Below, piece after piece: positions 52,481 through 64,000 of a stretch of DNA of 64,000 nt. The notes below the pieces were generated by a model, which saw nothing but the letters and a program-made list of their open reading frames with translations, had not been told where the DNA came from and did not search any database. How positions within the stretch are numbered: the first letter of the stretch is position 1; each line of letters starts with the position of its first letter. The translations under genes and the position numbers were made by a program. The DNA is from Octopus sinensis (lineage: Eukaryota), in contig NC_042997.1 of NCBI RefSeq assembly GCF_006345805.1, positions 33,294,001 to 33,358,000 on the forward strand. The letters run 5' to 3'.

Positions 52481-52512
<32 letters not shown>

Positions 52513-52514
<2 letters not shown>

Positions 52515-53080
52515 GGACGCTGGGCGAAATGCTTAGCGGTATTTCGTCTGCCGCTACGTTCTGAGTTCAAATTCCGCCGAAGTCGACTTTGCCTTTCATC
52601 CTATCAGGTTCAATTAAATAAGTACCAGTTACACACTGGGGTCGATATAATCGACTTAATCCGTTTGTCTGTTCTTGTTTGTCCCCTCTGTGTTTAGCCC
52701 CTTGTGGGTAGTAAAGAAATAGGTATTTCATCTGCCGCTACGTTCTGAGTTCAAATTCCGCCGAGGTCGACTTTGCCTTTCATCCTCTCAGGGTCGATTA
52801 AATAAGTACCAGTTACGCATTGGGGTCGATATAATCGATTTAATCCCTGTGTCTGTCCTTGTTTGTTCCCTCTGTGTTTAGCTCCTTGTGGGTAGTAAAG
52901 AAATAGGTATTTCATCTGCCGCTACGTTCAAATTCTGCCGAGGTCGACTTTGCCTTTTATCCTTTTGGGGTTGGTGAAATACGTACCAGTTACGCACTGG
53001 AATCGATGTAATCGACTTACACCCCTCCCCCAAATTTCAGGTCTTGTGCCTATAGTAGAAAGGATTATTACTATTATTAT
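52513..53080 (+). mobile_element. SINE-B array: partial head, two 184-bp units, then a third body with the standard tail
   Basis: ggtatttc at 52538, 52722 and 52906. The last body ends cccccaaatttcaggtcttgtgcctatagtagaaaggattatt. Confidence 0.9.
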
Positions 53081-53164
53081 TGAACTAATAGAATTGTTAG
53101 CACTTCAGAAAAAATGCTTAGCAACATTTCTTCTAGTTCTTTAAGTTCCGAGTTCAAATGTTAC

Positions 53165-53525
53165 CTAAATCAACTTAGACCAATACCTTTGGCTGAAGGT
53201 TCAAAACTATGGAGAAGGGTTTCTGCTTGGCTTATTAGATCGGAGACTAGCATGAAAACATCAGCATAATCTGCATCTGTGATTTTTGTGGCAGGATATC
53301 TATTACACATTCGTGGATGTAGTGGTATTGACGGAATTTCTGAGAACATAATCCAAGCAAATGATGAAGATAGAGGGTGCTAAAGTTGTCACCTTGTAGC
53401 ACTCCCGCAACAATTTCAAAGAAATCTGTATCGCCATTTGCAGATCGTTCTATTGAATATGTGTTTTTGTAGAGCATTCTATTGGCTTTTCCGGTTTAAT
53501 TTACTATAAGCTAGCAGTACTTCTT
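53165..53525 (-). pseudogene. RTE-type RT fragment
   Basis: GDTDFFEIVAGVLQGD and KITDADYAD motifs. Confidence 0.8.
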
Positions 53526-53529
53526 CCAT

Positions 53530-54900
53530 TCTACCTCTGTGAGTTGAATCGAAATCTTTGGAGAAATCAACGAATAAGAGAACAGCATTTTGATATTTTG
53601 GTTTCACACCTTCAAAAATTATCCCGGTTGTAGAAATTTAAACTTCCGGACATGAGAAGGAATCTCTTTCAAGTAACTGTTACTTCTCATTTATCTCGTA
53701 TCAATTCCCCTAGTAAATCTGTCCTTAGTAGTGTTTATAGTTGTTTATGAAGTCATCCATAAACAAAAGATGGTTGATTTGCCTCCCCGTAGCATTTGTA
53801 TCCGAGTTCAACTTGGTTTAACATATTGATTAAGGCTGTTAGCAACGGACAGAAAACAAATGGGTAGAGAGTTTCTTTGTAATATTTTTCTTCAAGTGAA
53901 AATAATTTTATGATTCTTTACAACTCTCTCTTTTGTCAATCGTTTTAGAATCTTTTACCATTCACTCATGAATTGTTTAATGTATCTGCTGAATTTTGGC
54001 GCTGTCTTACTTGCGGCTGCTGTTTCCACGATCCTTGTATGAGGAACACCGTCGAAAGTCTTATAGTAGTTGATCAATGCATGCTCATATCTTTTTCCTA
54101 CAGTCTTCGGTTATGATTTTTGATCAGCATCCCTTCCGCTCTTCCTGAAACGGGTTTTTATTTTATTTTCAGTATATTATTAAGGTTTTGTAATCTGTAG
54201 CAAGGTGTATCATGAGTCTGTAGCTTTTAGAGTTTATCGTTCCTTTCATCTTGGAAATAAAGAAAAAAAATCCCCATCACTGAGCCAGTTAGACATTTTC
54301 AGTTCCATACGTAAACATCTTAGTAAAAACCTTTGTTAAATATTTTTATCAGAAGCTTTGGATATTCTCACTTGCTGGTGATTCACAGTTATTTGGTTTT
54401 TGAAGTGTCAGGGTTACTTTTCAATGTTTACAAGACCTTTCACGATTGTTCAGTTGTAGTGTTTGTTGTTTTGAACAACCTACACTGTAACTATTCCCTC
54501 GGTGTTCATATATCTCTTCAAAATTCTTTTACTTCTCTTGATACTGTGCTGCAACGATTTCTATCGTATTTTACCTAAATCCCGATAAAATCGTTTCATT
54601 AGAAGCGAACTGTTTATCTTCTTCAAAGAATCGTTGCTGTTTTCATGATGACAGATTGTTTGCGATATAGCAAGGATCTCTTGTTTAAGGTGTTCTTTGA
54701 TTTCGAGTATCCTTTGATGTTATTTTTTTCTTTTTTGTTATCTCAGTAGATTTCTATGTCCTTTTTTGTTTTTTTCTCTCGTTGTTTTTATTCGTTATTG
54801 ATTTCATTCAGAATCGGGAGATTTTTTCTTCAATTTTTTAAATGTTTTTGTATGTTCGTTTTCCATGTTGATGTTCTTATACCAATAGATCAGAAGGAAT
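53530..54900 (-). pseudogene. R4/Dong-like RT region, heavily decayed
   Basis: INYYKTFDGVPH (for DYKKAFDSVPH), an SLSP-like region and HL(L)FMDD, read across frameshifts. Confidence 0.6.
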
Positions 54901-54957
54901 ACTCACTCACCTTTGTAAATAGTTTGATCGGTACATATATTATATCGTTTAACCTGT

Positions 54958-55377
54958 TACTCTTTTACTCTTTTTCTCTTTTACTTGTTTCAGTCATTTG
55001 ACTGCGGCCATGCTGGAGCACCGCCTTTAGTCGAGCAAATCGACCCCGGGACTTATTCTTTGTAAGCCCAGTACTTATTCTATCGGTCTCTTTTGCCGAA
55101 CCGCTAAGTGACGGGGACGTAAACACACCAGCATCGGTTGTCAAGCAATGCTAGGGGGACAAACACAGACACACAAACATATACACACACACTTATATAT
55201 ATATACATATATACGACAGGCTTCTTTCAGTTTCCGTCTACCAAATCCACTCACAAGGCATTGGTCGGCCCGGGGCTATAGCAGAAGACACTTGCCCAAG
55301 ATGCCACGCAGTGTGACTGAACCCGGTACCATGTGGTTGGTTAGCAAGCTACTTACCACACAGCCACTCCTGCGCCT
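54958..55377 (-). mobile_element. SINE-A copy
   Basis: Both arms, near-identical to 1389-1794. Confidence 0.92.
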
Positions 55378-55658
55378 GTTGATACAGATGTTTGTGTTTA
55401 TTTTTATCAATTGCGTGATAGCCGAGTTTAGCGGATTTATTTTGTTATTGCTCTTTTGCTGAACTGTATCCTCGGATGGCACTTTCATTAGTGCATAGGA
55501 AGAGCTTCTAGTGTTTTTACATCTTTATTTTCATCTTCAGGTTATTGTCATGTTCGTAGTTTCCATCTTTTGAAGTTAACCACTCTTCTTAAAACTCCTT
55601 CGAATTCCTTTTTGTTCCTAATTTTGCTTCTGTTTTTCTGATTCGGATTATGTTTGTT

Positions 55659-56045
55659 AATGTGGAAGCACTCCGTCGGTTACGACGATGAGGGTTCCGG
55701 TTGATCCGATCAACGGAACAGCCTGCTCGTGAAATTAACGTGTAAGTGGGTGAGCACTCCACAGACACGTGTACCCTTAACGTAGTTCTCGGAGATATTC
55801 AGCGTGACACAGAGAGTGACAAGGCCGGCCCTTTGAAATACAGGCACAACAGAAACAGGAAGTAAGAGTGAGAGAAAGTTGTGGTGAAAGAGTACAGCAG
55901 GGATCACCACCATCCCCTGCCGGAGCCTCGTGGAGCTTTAGGTATTTTCGCTCAATAAACACTCACAACGCCCAGTCTGGGAATCGAAACCGCGATCCTA
56001 TGACCGCGAGTCCGCTGCCCTAACCACTGGGCCATTGCGCCTCCA
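55659..56045 (-). mobile_element. tRNA-Arg-like SINE, tail variant 2
   Basis: Same head and centre as 7096-7394, but a different 3' region ending cgtcgtaaccgacggagtgcttccac. Confidence 0.8.
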
Positions 56046-56934
56046 CATATGCTTGTTAATAGGTATCTAGGAAATAAACTTTGTCATATTTTGTTATTTA
56101 CTTTGATGTACACTTGTTAGTTTCAGCTTAGCGGTTTTCGTTTCTAATCACGTGATTTTTTTGTTAGATTTTTGCGTTCAATATTTGAGTTTTTGACGTA
56201 CATTCTTTCTTTTTAGGTGTTCTATTTAAATGTCTGATATTTTTAAGCTCTGATAATAAATCTTAATTCAACAAAGCCGTTCAGAACTAATATTATGTTT
56301 TGATTATTTTCTCTCCAAATTAAATATAAGAATATTTGACTAAAAATATTTACTAAAAAAATAACGTAGTTTCGTTATCTTTTACTAGTGGTAGAGTGTA
56401 GCTGTAAAATAAGTATACTGAATAGAAACGAATACTTTCGGATCCGTTTATACTTTTTTCTGTTTTGCGGGACTTAAGGAGTGAGCTCTGGTCTTTTTTT
56501 AAGATTGATAACATTTTCACCGTACATCAGTTTATTTGTTTCTAGCAAAGTGGAGGTTTGTACGCTCCATCTTCGTAGATGGCATTCCTTTTAATCTTAG
56601 ACATAGTGATACGGTTATTCTCTGTATTATATGCCATATTTTATCTGTATGAAAGAATGAATGGGTCTGGCACTCTGCTAATTTATTTGCACGTAAATTG
56701 GATTTGTCTGGTACTTCGTTTGACTACGTGTGATATCTGAAAGATGGCCAGAGCGAAATCTATGATACATTAATTATCTGAAGTCATTTTTTAAAAATCA
56801 ATCTATTACTGACATGTTTTTAAGCTTGTCTGTAAGTTTACCCTGAGCTTGATTTATTGGTATTTAATCGTTGTTAGAGGATATTATTTATAGCAGCAGA
56901 AGAAAGGTTTACCAAGTTAAACGTATATCATGAA

Positions 56935-57660
56935 AGCGTCAAAAAAGTATTCTTTCCAGCTCTTTACGTTCTAAGTTCAAATTCCGCCGAGGTCGATAAA
57001 ATAATCACCAGTTGAACACTGGGATCGATATAATCGACTTACCCACTACCCCGAAATCGCTGGCCTTGTGCCAAAATTTGAAATTATTATCATTATTATT
57101 ATTATTATCATTTTGATTCTTGCTATTCTATTTGCGGTTGTTCCTTACTTGAAAGTAGGCAATAACAAATCGCCAAAGGTTTCAAGTAATGCCTTCTCCT
57201 GTGACTCAAAGAGACAATACTCTCCTTAGAACGCGAGCTTTACCCAACAATGCCGTCTTCTGGATCACTTCGAGCCTAACAGCAGTTCCGATATTCTTAA
57301 TATGTTTTTGGCGAGCTGCCGGAATCGTTAGCGCGCTGGGCAAAATGCTTAGCAGCATTTCGTCCGCCTTTACGTTCAGAGTTCAAATTCCGCAGAGTCG
57401 ACTTTGTCTTTTATCCTTCCGGGGTCGATAAATTAAGTACCAGTTCAGTACTGGGGTTGATGTGATAGACTATCCCCCTCCCCACAAAATCCAGAGCTTG
57501 TACCTACATTAGAAAAGATTATTAATTATTATCATCATCATCATCATCAAGGCGGCGAGCTGGCAAAATAGTCAGCACGACGGACGAAATGTTCAGCGAC
57601 ATTTCGTCCGTCGTTACGTTCCAGGTTCAAATTCCGCCGAGGTCAATAATAATAATAATA
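56935..57660 (+). mobile_element. Cluster of SINE-B copies/fragments in (ATT/ATC)n context
   Basis: Copies at ~56935-57090, ~57312-57530 and ~57549-57643. Confidence 0.8.
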
Positions 57661-57667
57661 AATATTA

Positions 57668-58257
57668 TTATTATTTTTATTATAACTACAGTGAGGGAGA
57701 GAGCAGCGCATGCCATCAAAATGATACTGGGGTACAAATATACGAAGCCCAATATACCCATCATGACTTCCCGTCAGATAAGGGTACAACAGGCACATGC
57801 ATCACAACCATATGTGCGTGACATGGTGATCTCGTATCAAGATAAACAGCGCATGATCTTGCAGGTGGAGTCTAGTTAGAATTTTTTTCAGGTCGAGTAG
57901 CCCATCCTGCTCAAGAGGATGAGCTACTCAATAAGGGTTGTTTAAGGACGTTGAACGAAACACCCATGTTCCCAGAGGTGAATTATTCAGACCCCAAAGA
58001 ATTCCCCTCGACACACGGCTATGATACTCCCCCACTACTTCTGCTTGTGATCAGAGATGCACATATTGCCAGCTACTAAGGGACATGCTCAACTAGTTAT
58101 GGTCAAATAACTGTCAAGCAAATTTGTGTTATTGAGCAGAATATTTGCTGTAGCCCATTTTTTTTATACCAAGACAAAACAGGTACATGATAACTCTTCC
58201 AATCAGTTAAGATCAGAAGTCATGAGAGCTAGTGCCTGGTACTGCATCAGGGCATTA
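57668..58257. repeat. Unclassified ~590-bp non-coding interspersed-repeat-like segment
   Basis: GC-richer than its flanks, bounded by (ATT/ATC)n, no coding motif. Repeat status is inferred only. Confidence 0.4.
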
Positions 58258-58399
58258 TTATCATCATTAGTATCATAATTATTGTTCTTTATATCTGAAG
58301 CTGTCGGCTGCGTGTTCGGAGGTCTATGAAATTTTGTTTAAATTTGTTGCTTTACTTTTTGTTTTGCCAAAGTTTGTTGAACAGTTGTATTTGTAAACC

Positions 58400-61090
58400 A
58401 GCTTGCCACAAGCAGGGCTAGCTGGGGTGGCAAAAAATTCGGCCTTTAAGGGCGAATTTTGAGTTTTAATAACTCAAAATTTCATATTTTAAAAAGAAAT
58501 CTAAACAAAATTTACAATATGGCCACGGAAATCGTGGGTGTGGAAAATTATTATGACAGCGCTTTCAAAATTTCTTTCCTTCCATTACCAAATATGGTTG
58601 AGAAGGAGGGGGAAGAATAGCAGCAGCAGCACCAACAGCAACACCATGAACACAAACGGAGGCATGAAGGAAAGAGCAGACCACTAACACCGCTACCACC
58701 ACTGCTACCACGAGGCAACCAGAGTAACAAAAATAAGCAGGAAAGTGAAAAGAAAAAAAAGGAATTCTTTCACGTGAAACATCTGCAGATTTCGCCACCG
58801 CTGCCACTACCAAGTCCAGCAAAGAAGAAGAAATTATTAAAGCAGCAACGTCGTTTACTTCTTCTAAGCAAACAAAAAGTGGATTTATCGAAATATGCCG
58901 CAGATTGGAAGAGGTGAAGTTGGCTGGAGCAAAAAGGCATCTAACAAGAGCTGGCAGGACAGTCCACCTGAACACACCAGAGGAGCTGAAAGAAAAGACA
59001 CGGAGGGGGAAAATAATATACAGATGTATATCATTGAAAGCGGGCAAGATAGAAAGAGCCACGCAGGCGTTGGTCGAAAAATGCCTGAGACTTGTATGGA
59101 ACATAAAATCATATATCACACGTGGTAAAAGCTTTGGTTCGGTATAAGTGAGGTTTTCAACAGAACAACTGGCCAAAGAAAATGTCACGACAAACCTGAA
59201 GACCGAGAAATTACACGATTCCCACGTACCTTGGTTGAAGAATTGTCTGAGTGAAGGTAGCGGAGGTGCCACCAGAAGTGAACATCTCCTTACTGGCAGC
59301 GGTTGTGCTGTACGGCATAGGAGAGGTGTAAAATTCTTGAAACACAAAAAAGAAAATTGGTACGGTACTGAGATGGAAGTCTTATTGTATGCGAATTTTG
59401 CAACCGCACAAGAGAGGCCAGATCACGTCGAGCTCCATGAAGGTTCAAAGTTATTTGTAGCGGTAGGGGCCAGAAAGCTCAGATGCCACATCTGTGGCCC
59501 TAGACAATCAAAAGAGAAAACCGCACTGCTGCAGATACCACCAACACAACAACAACAACAAAAGCAACAACAACAGTACCAGCAGAGATAGGTGGCCACT
59601 GGAGCAGCGAAAGCAACAACAACAGTAGCAGCAACACCAATCACAACAGCACCAGCAGCAACAACAATAACATGAACAACAACAGAAGAAACAACAACAG
59701 CAAACAAAATAAACAACTCACCAACGTCTATGCTTTCCACACACACCAGACAGCAACAGAAACAACAGCATCAGTACCCCTCAAAACAACAACAACCTTA
59801 CCAACAAAGTACAACCAAAAAAGCCCCACAAGATTTGCTTCTACCCTACCCCGAGCATTCTGACATGTCCTGCGCGGGAGCGGGGAGGGGGTGAAGAAGA
59901 GCCTAAATAGCAACAAGTCGCCAGATCCAAAAGAAAAAAGAACGATTCACCAACTAAAACATAAAAATCTGGCAGGTATGATGACAGTGAGCAGACATAT
60001 AACAAAACAAACACATTCTCCATTAGCAACCATACCAACACCGTCAACAACAGCAGCATCCTCATCAGCACCGTCACCAGCACAACCCAGTTCACACACA
60101 CAACTCGTACACCCCCAATACCAGTAATACACAACCATCAACTACACAGCAATAAACACAAACAATAAAGAATTAACGGCACACATATACAACCATACAG
60201 ACATCACAAACACCGATTTCATTACACCATCAAACACCACACCACCACACATAAAATTCCTGCTAACATCACAAAACACATACAACAAAATAAAAATAAA
60301 ATATCCCGAAGGAGTTGGGGCTTTCAGGAAAGATATTAACAAAAGACTCTACAAGTTGCTCGTGGAAACAACCACAAGTAACTATGGTAATGGAATAACC
60401 GTTCCCACCTCACCAACAAAATCGCAGCAAGTAGCCTTTTCCGCTTCTATACCTCCAGCTTACATGGCCTTGCTTACGATAGAAAGTATAAATGCACGTG
60501 GCCTGGGGTCGCCTTTGAAACAGGCTCATCTACTCAACGACCTCAGGTCACTAAATGTCGATGTGGCGGCCATCAGTGAAACCAGGCTCTCCGACCGACA
60601 AGTGTTCATGCCCATTTTCGGTAGATACGGCATTCATTTATCTCCATGTCAGCCGGAAATCGGAGGTAGAACTGCTGTGTTGATCCGGAGAGGCCTGGAT
60701 CTCGAGATAAACACTATCTTCCTGGACCCAGAAGGTAAGTTGGTGGTCCTCGGTGTGAGCAGTATTGATAGGGGTGTCTTCATGCTGGTGGCTGTCTATG
60801 CTCCGACAGGAGCAGGGCAGATGGACTTCTTAAGACGTCTGGAAGTTTTCCTGGGAACATCTCGTCTTTTAGTGCTCATGGGCAACTGGATTGCTATCTT
60901 AGAGCCACGTTTGGACTGTGTGGGGCTAGCGGATAGAGGAGGTGGGTTCAAAAGCCTCGCAAACCTGCTCAGACGTTTTCAACTGTCTGACAGGTACCGG
61001 CTGTATTTCCCGAATGCGCCAATGTGAACCTGGTCTAATCGCAGCGAGTCATCCAAGTCGTATTTAAATAGAATTTTCTTTAGGCCAGTA
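58400..61090 (+). mobile_element. L1/Tx1-like LINE 5' part: decayed ORF1, AC-rich linker, ORF2 endonuclease
   Basis: ORF1 pieces include CHICG. ORF 60356-61027 has SINARGL, VAAISETRL and LVAVYAPTG, with the catalytic GDFN decayed to GNWI. Confidence 0.8.
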
Positions 61091-61479
61091 GATAGGCCAA
61101 TAAGTACCACCCATATATTAATGAAACCTTTTCGCCCTTCATCACATACTCGATGCTTTGTTTAATTGACCATGAGGGCCTCAAGAGTATGTCTGTGTTT
61201 ACTCGTGACTATAGAAGCACCTTAAGCGATCAACGAAAACATGGTACATATTGCAAAGCAACCCTAACTCGCAGGTGACCGCTGGGCTATAGTTTTTAAT
61301 TATTTCTAACTGGTACAAAGCCTGAAATTTTGGTGAGAAGTGTTAGCCTGTCAGGTTCATTATTTCATTGATCATAGACAGATCAAAGACGAGCTGTAAC
61401 TAAGAATCGCATAATATCCGACACTCTACCAGTTCTACCATTCACCGACCATTATAATAATAATAATAATATTGACCAC

Positions 61480-61565
61480 GGCGGAATTTGAATCAAGAAC
61501 GTAATAACAGATCAAATGCCACTGAGCTTTTCGTTCGTCGTGCTAATGACTCTGCCAGCTCGCCA
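61480..61565 (-). mobile_element. SINE-B head fragment
   Basis: Minus: ggcgagctggcagagtcattagcacg...gttcttgattcaaattccgccg. Confidence 0.75.
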
Positions 61566-61576
61566 TAATAATGATG

Positions 61577-61880
61577 ATTTCGTTATTAACCACTAAGGGT
61601 TTACATACAAAAAGCATTATGGACAACATAGAACAAATACAATGTGGGGTTACATGAAAGTCGTGTAAACAGTGAAAAATAAAAACAATAATTGAATATA
61701 ACAAAATTCCCCCAAAAGAGAGAAACTTCCTGGGACTGCTCGTGAAAACCCCACAAGGCCGCCAGGGTAAGTGCCCTTTCCACTTTGTCTACAGATGCGT
61801 GCTTAGAGTAGGCCTATTCACTTGAGCCATTTTTGCAACATTTACCCACCTTTTAACAAAATTGCTGGATGGGGCCAGAA
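61577..61880 (-). mobile_element. L1/Tx1-like LINE 3' end
   Basis: FVKRWVNVAKMAQVNRPTLSTHL* (stop 61789-91), homologous to 15042-15150. The UTR ends gtggttaataacgaaat. Confidence 0.7.
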
Positions 61881-61884
61881 AATT

Positions 61885-62165
61885 CTCGTCCGAGGTACAA
61901 GTCCTGGCAAGATTATTTATGAAAGACCAGCAGTCGCCCATGCATACCAGCCACCCCTCTCCACGTCACCGATGTTATCCGAGGAGAAGGCAAAGGCCGA
62001 TAGAGCTTGGCATGAATGACGTCGCAACTCATTTCTATAGTTGAGTAAACTGGAGCAACGTGAAATAAAGCGTCTTGCTCAAGAACACAACACACCCCAG
62101 TCCGGGAATCAAACTCACTACCTCATGGTTGTGAACCCGACGCTCTAACCACTGAGCCATGCGCT
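61885..62165 (-). mobile_element. Further tRNA-derived SINE
   Basis: Head gcgcatggctcagtggttagagcg...gtttgattccc, then gttgtgttcttgagcaagacgcttt. Confidence 0.7.
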
Positions 62166-62166
62166 T

Positions 62167-62204
<38 letters not shown>

Positions 62205-62595
62205 TCGACTGTCTCATTCCCACAAGAAGAAAAACAAAATGCTTGAAATTCAACGACATTAGACAAGACAGAAATATCAGCTAAGAAACATTGACACAAA
62301 TTCTTAGACAACTACGTGTATCACATATGTTTGTATGCATGGATACATGTAGCTGCGTGCGTGCTTGTGTGTGTGTGTGTGTGTATGTGTGTGTTTATGC
62401 TTACTCAAATGAATGTGCTATATTTAATATTACACCATTGTGCATGAGAGTTTTTAGACCGACATGTTTCATATTTAATAAGCAAACACGGAGCCGGTAA
62501 CAAACTCAACAGGTAGGTTACTTATTAAATACAGCATGCAGAACCATTGTGTAAATACTGTGTAGTGTTTACTTTGGCAACAATAAAATAATATG

Positions 62596-62645
<50 letters not shown>

Positions 62646-62646
62646 C

Positions 62647-63555
62647 ATAATTATAATCAGGGGTCAGCTAATTGCTTCGCCACGCACCGAATTTAGAAAT
62701 AGCAGTTAAAATACCTTTTGCGCTACCATAAATATCTCCCAGACAGTAACACACTTTTTTTTTCGTTGGCAAAGAGAAAAAATAACGAATCCACACGACT
62801 TAGATTAGCTACATACGCGTTTCGGGATTAAAGTAAAGTTATATTTACTTATTTCACCTCATCAGTTCAGAATTTCAAAGATATATATAAAGGTTATTTT
62901 AACGTACCGAACTACTTGGTAAAATTATTAATTAATTAATTAATTTAACCCTTTTATTATTATTGAAATATAATTTACTTCCTCAACGAAAAACTGCAGT
63001 TGCTGCGGGATTACTCGTAACACACGTGGGTATTTGAGGATGAATATGTGTACTCATTCGCTTGTATATTTTTGGAAGTGCTGGTTAAATCTATCATATA
63101 AAATCCGTTCTGTCTGTCTGTGTTCGTGTGTTCTAGGATCTCGGGCATCCTCCATCCGATTGCGTTCAATTTTGATATGTAGATACCGACGGTATCTGGG
63201 CGTGTATAAGTCTTGAAAAAATTACAAAAATCGATTCCAGGTGAGAATGCGATCGATAAAGCCGTGGGAACGTGCATTTGTAAAATCGTTTTTCTTGGAA
63301 TAGAAAAAGATTCTATATGTATTTCTTCTTTTGCAGGTGTCTCAAATTTAGGCTAACTCAGTGTTTCTCAAAGGGGACCTATGGGACGGTTGGACAAGTT
63401 GTTTTGAGAAAATCTGGCAAAACGCCCCCCGTCCATTGGAAAAAAAAGTGTGTTACTGTCTGGGAGATATTTATGGTAGCGGAAAAGGTATTTTAACTGC
63501 TATTTCTAAATTCGGTGCGTGGTGAAGCAATTAGCTGATCCCTGATTATAATTAT
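62647..63555. repeat. ~118-bp inverted repeats flanking 674 bp
   Basis: 62647-62764 vs 63439-63555 differ by 3 substitutions and 1 indel. Confidence 0.9.
63090..63300 (+). mobile_element. Helitron-like 5' end with no 3' terminus found
   Basis: A|TCTATCATATAAAA followed by (CTGT)n, like the other Helitron starts. End coordinate arbitrary. Confidence 0.5.
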
Positions 63556-63666
63556 AAAATATTTGTATAATGTTACCCAAAAAGGTTATTTTAACGTACC
63601 GAACTACTTGGTAAAAATATTAATTATTAACTAATTGATTAATTAATTAATCAATTAATTTTATCC

Positions 63667-63705
<39 letters not shown>

Positions 63706-63720
63706 CACTTACACGAATAG

Positions 63721-63804
63721 AGAGACGGATAGAGAGACGGATAGAGAGACGGATAGAGAAACGGATAGAGGGACGGATAGAGAGACGGATAGAGAGACGG
63801 ATAG
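63721..63804. repeat. 12-bp minisatellite (agagacggatag) x7
   Basis: Direct inspection. Confidence 0.95.
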
Positions 63805-64000
63805 TCAGATAGGCAGACAGATAGATGGATAGTTAGACAGACAGTCAAACAGGTAGGCGGATAGTTAGACAGCCAAACAGACAGATAGACAGATAGTTAA
63901 ACAGAAAAATAATATTCACGTTGCCAGGGAATAAGAATCAGGTGAAGCAAGTTTGTAACTTATTTTGAATATCTCTCTTAACCGGATTCATGCCCGTGTT

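Noticed and set aside
58565-59347. 260-aa minus-strand ORF
   Set aside because: Antisense shadow of the Tx1-like ORF1.

Overview
AT-rich, microsatellite-dense animal DNA. The SINE repertoire points to an octopus/cephalopod genome (inference). The window reads as intronic or intergenic: I recognise no host protein-coding gene, rRNA, tRNA gene or CRISPR array. Almost all ORFs in the track are microsatellite artefacts or transposon pieces. Content: (1) three tRNA-derived SINE groups, labelled here SINE-A (bipartite), SINE-B and tRNA-Arg-like; (2) decayed LINEs: two CR1-group, L1/Tx1-like, RTE and R4/Dong-like; (3) Penelope-like element (PLE) remnants; (4) a full-length mariner one frameshift from intact; (5) non-autonomous Helitrons; (6) a 100-N gap. 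Best findings: a type I hammerhead ribozyme with an intact core downstream of a PLE (40437-40535), plus a minimal one (42874-42912). SINE-A shares its 3' tail with a CR1 LINE in the same window, with compensatory changes in a stem-loop. The 184-bp SINE-B tandem arrays end each unit in a Tx1-like LINE tail, in a pattern suggesting repeated insertion into the SINE itself. Family names come from motif recognition, not database searches, and boundaries of decayed elements are approximate.
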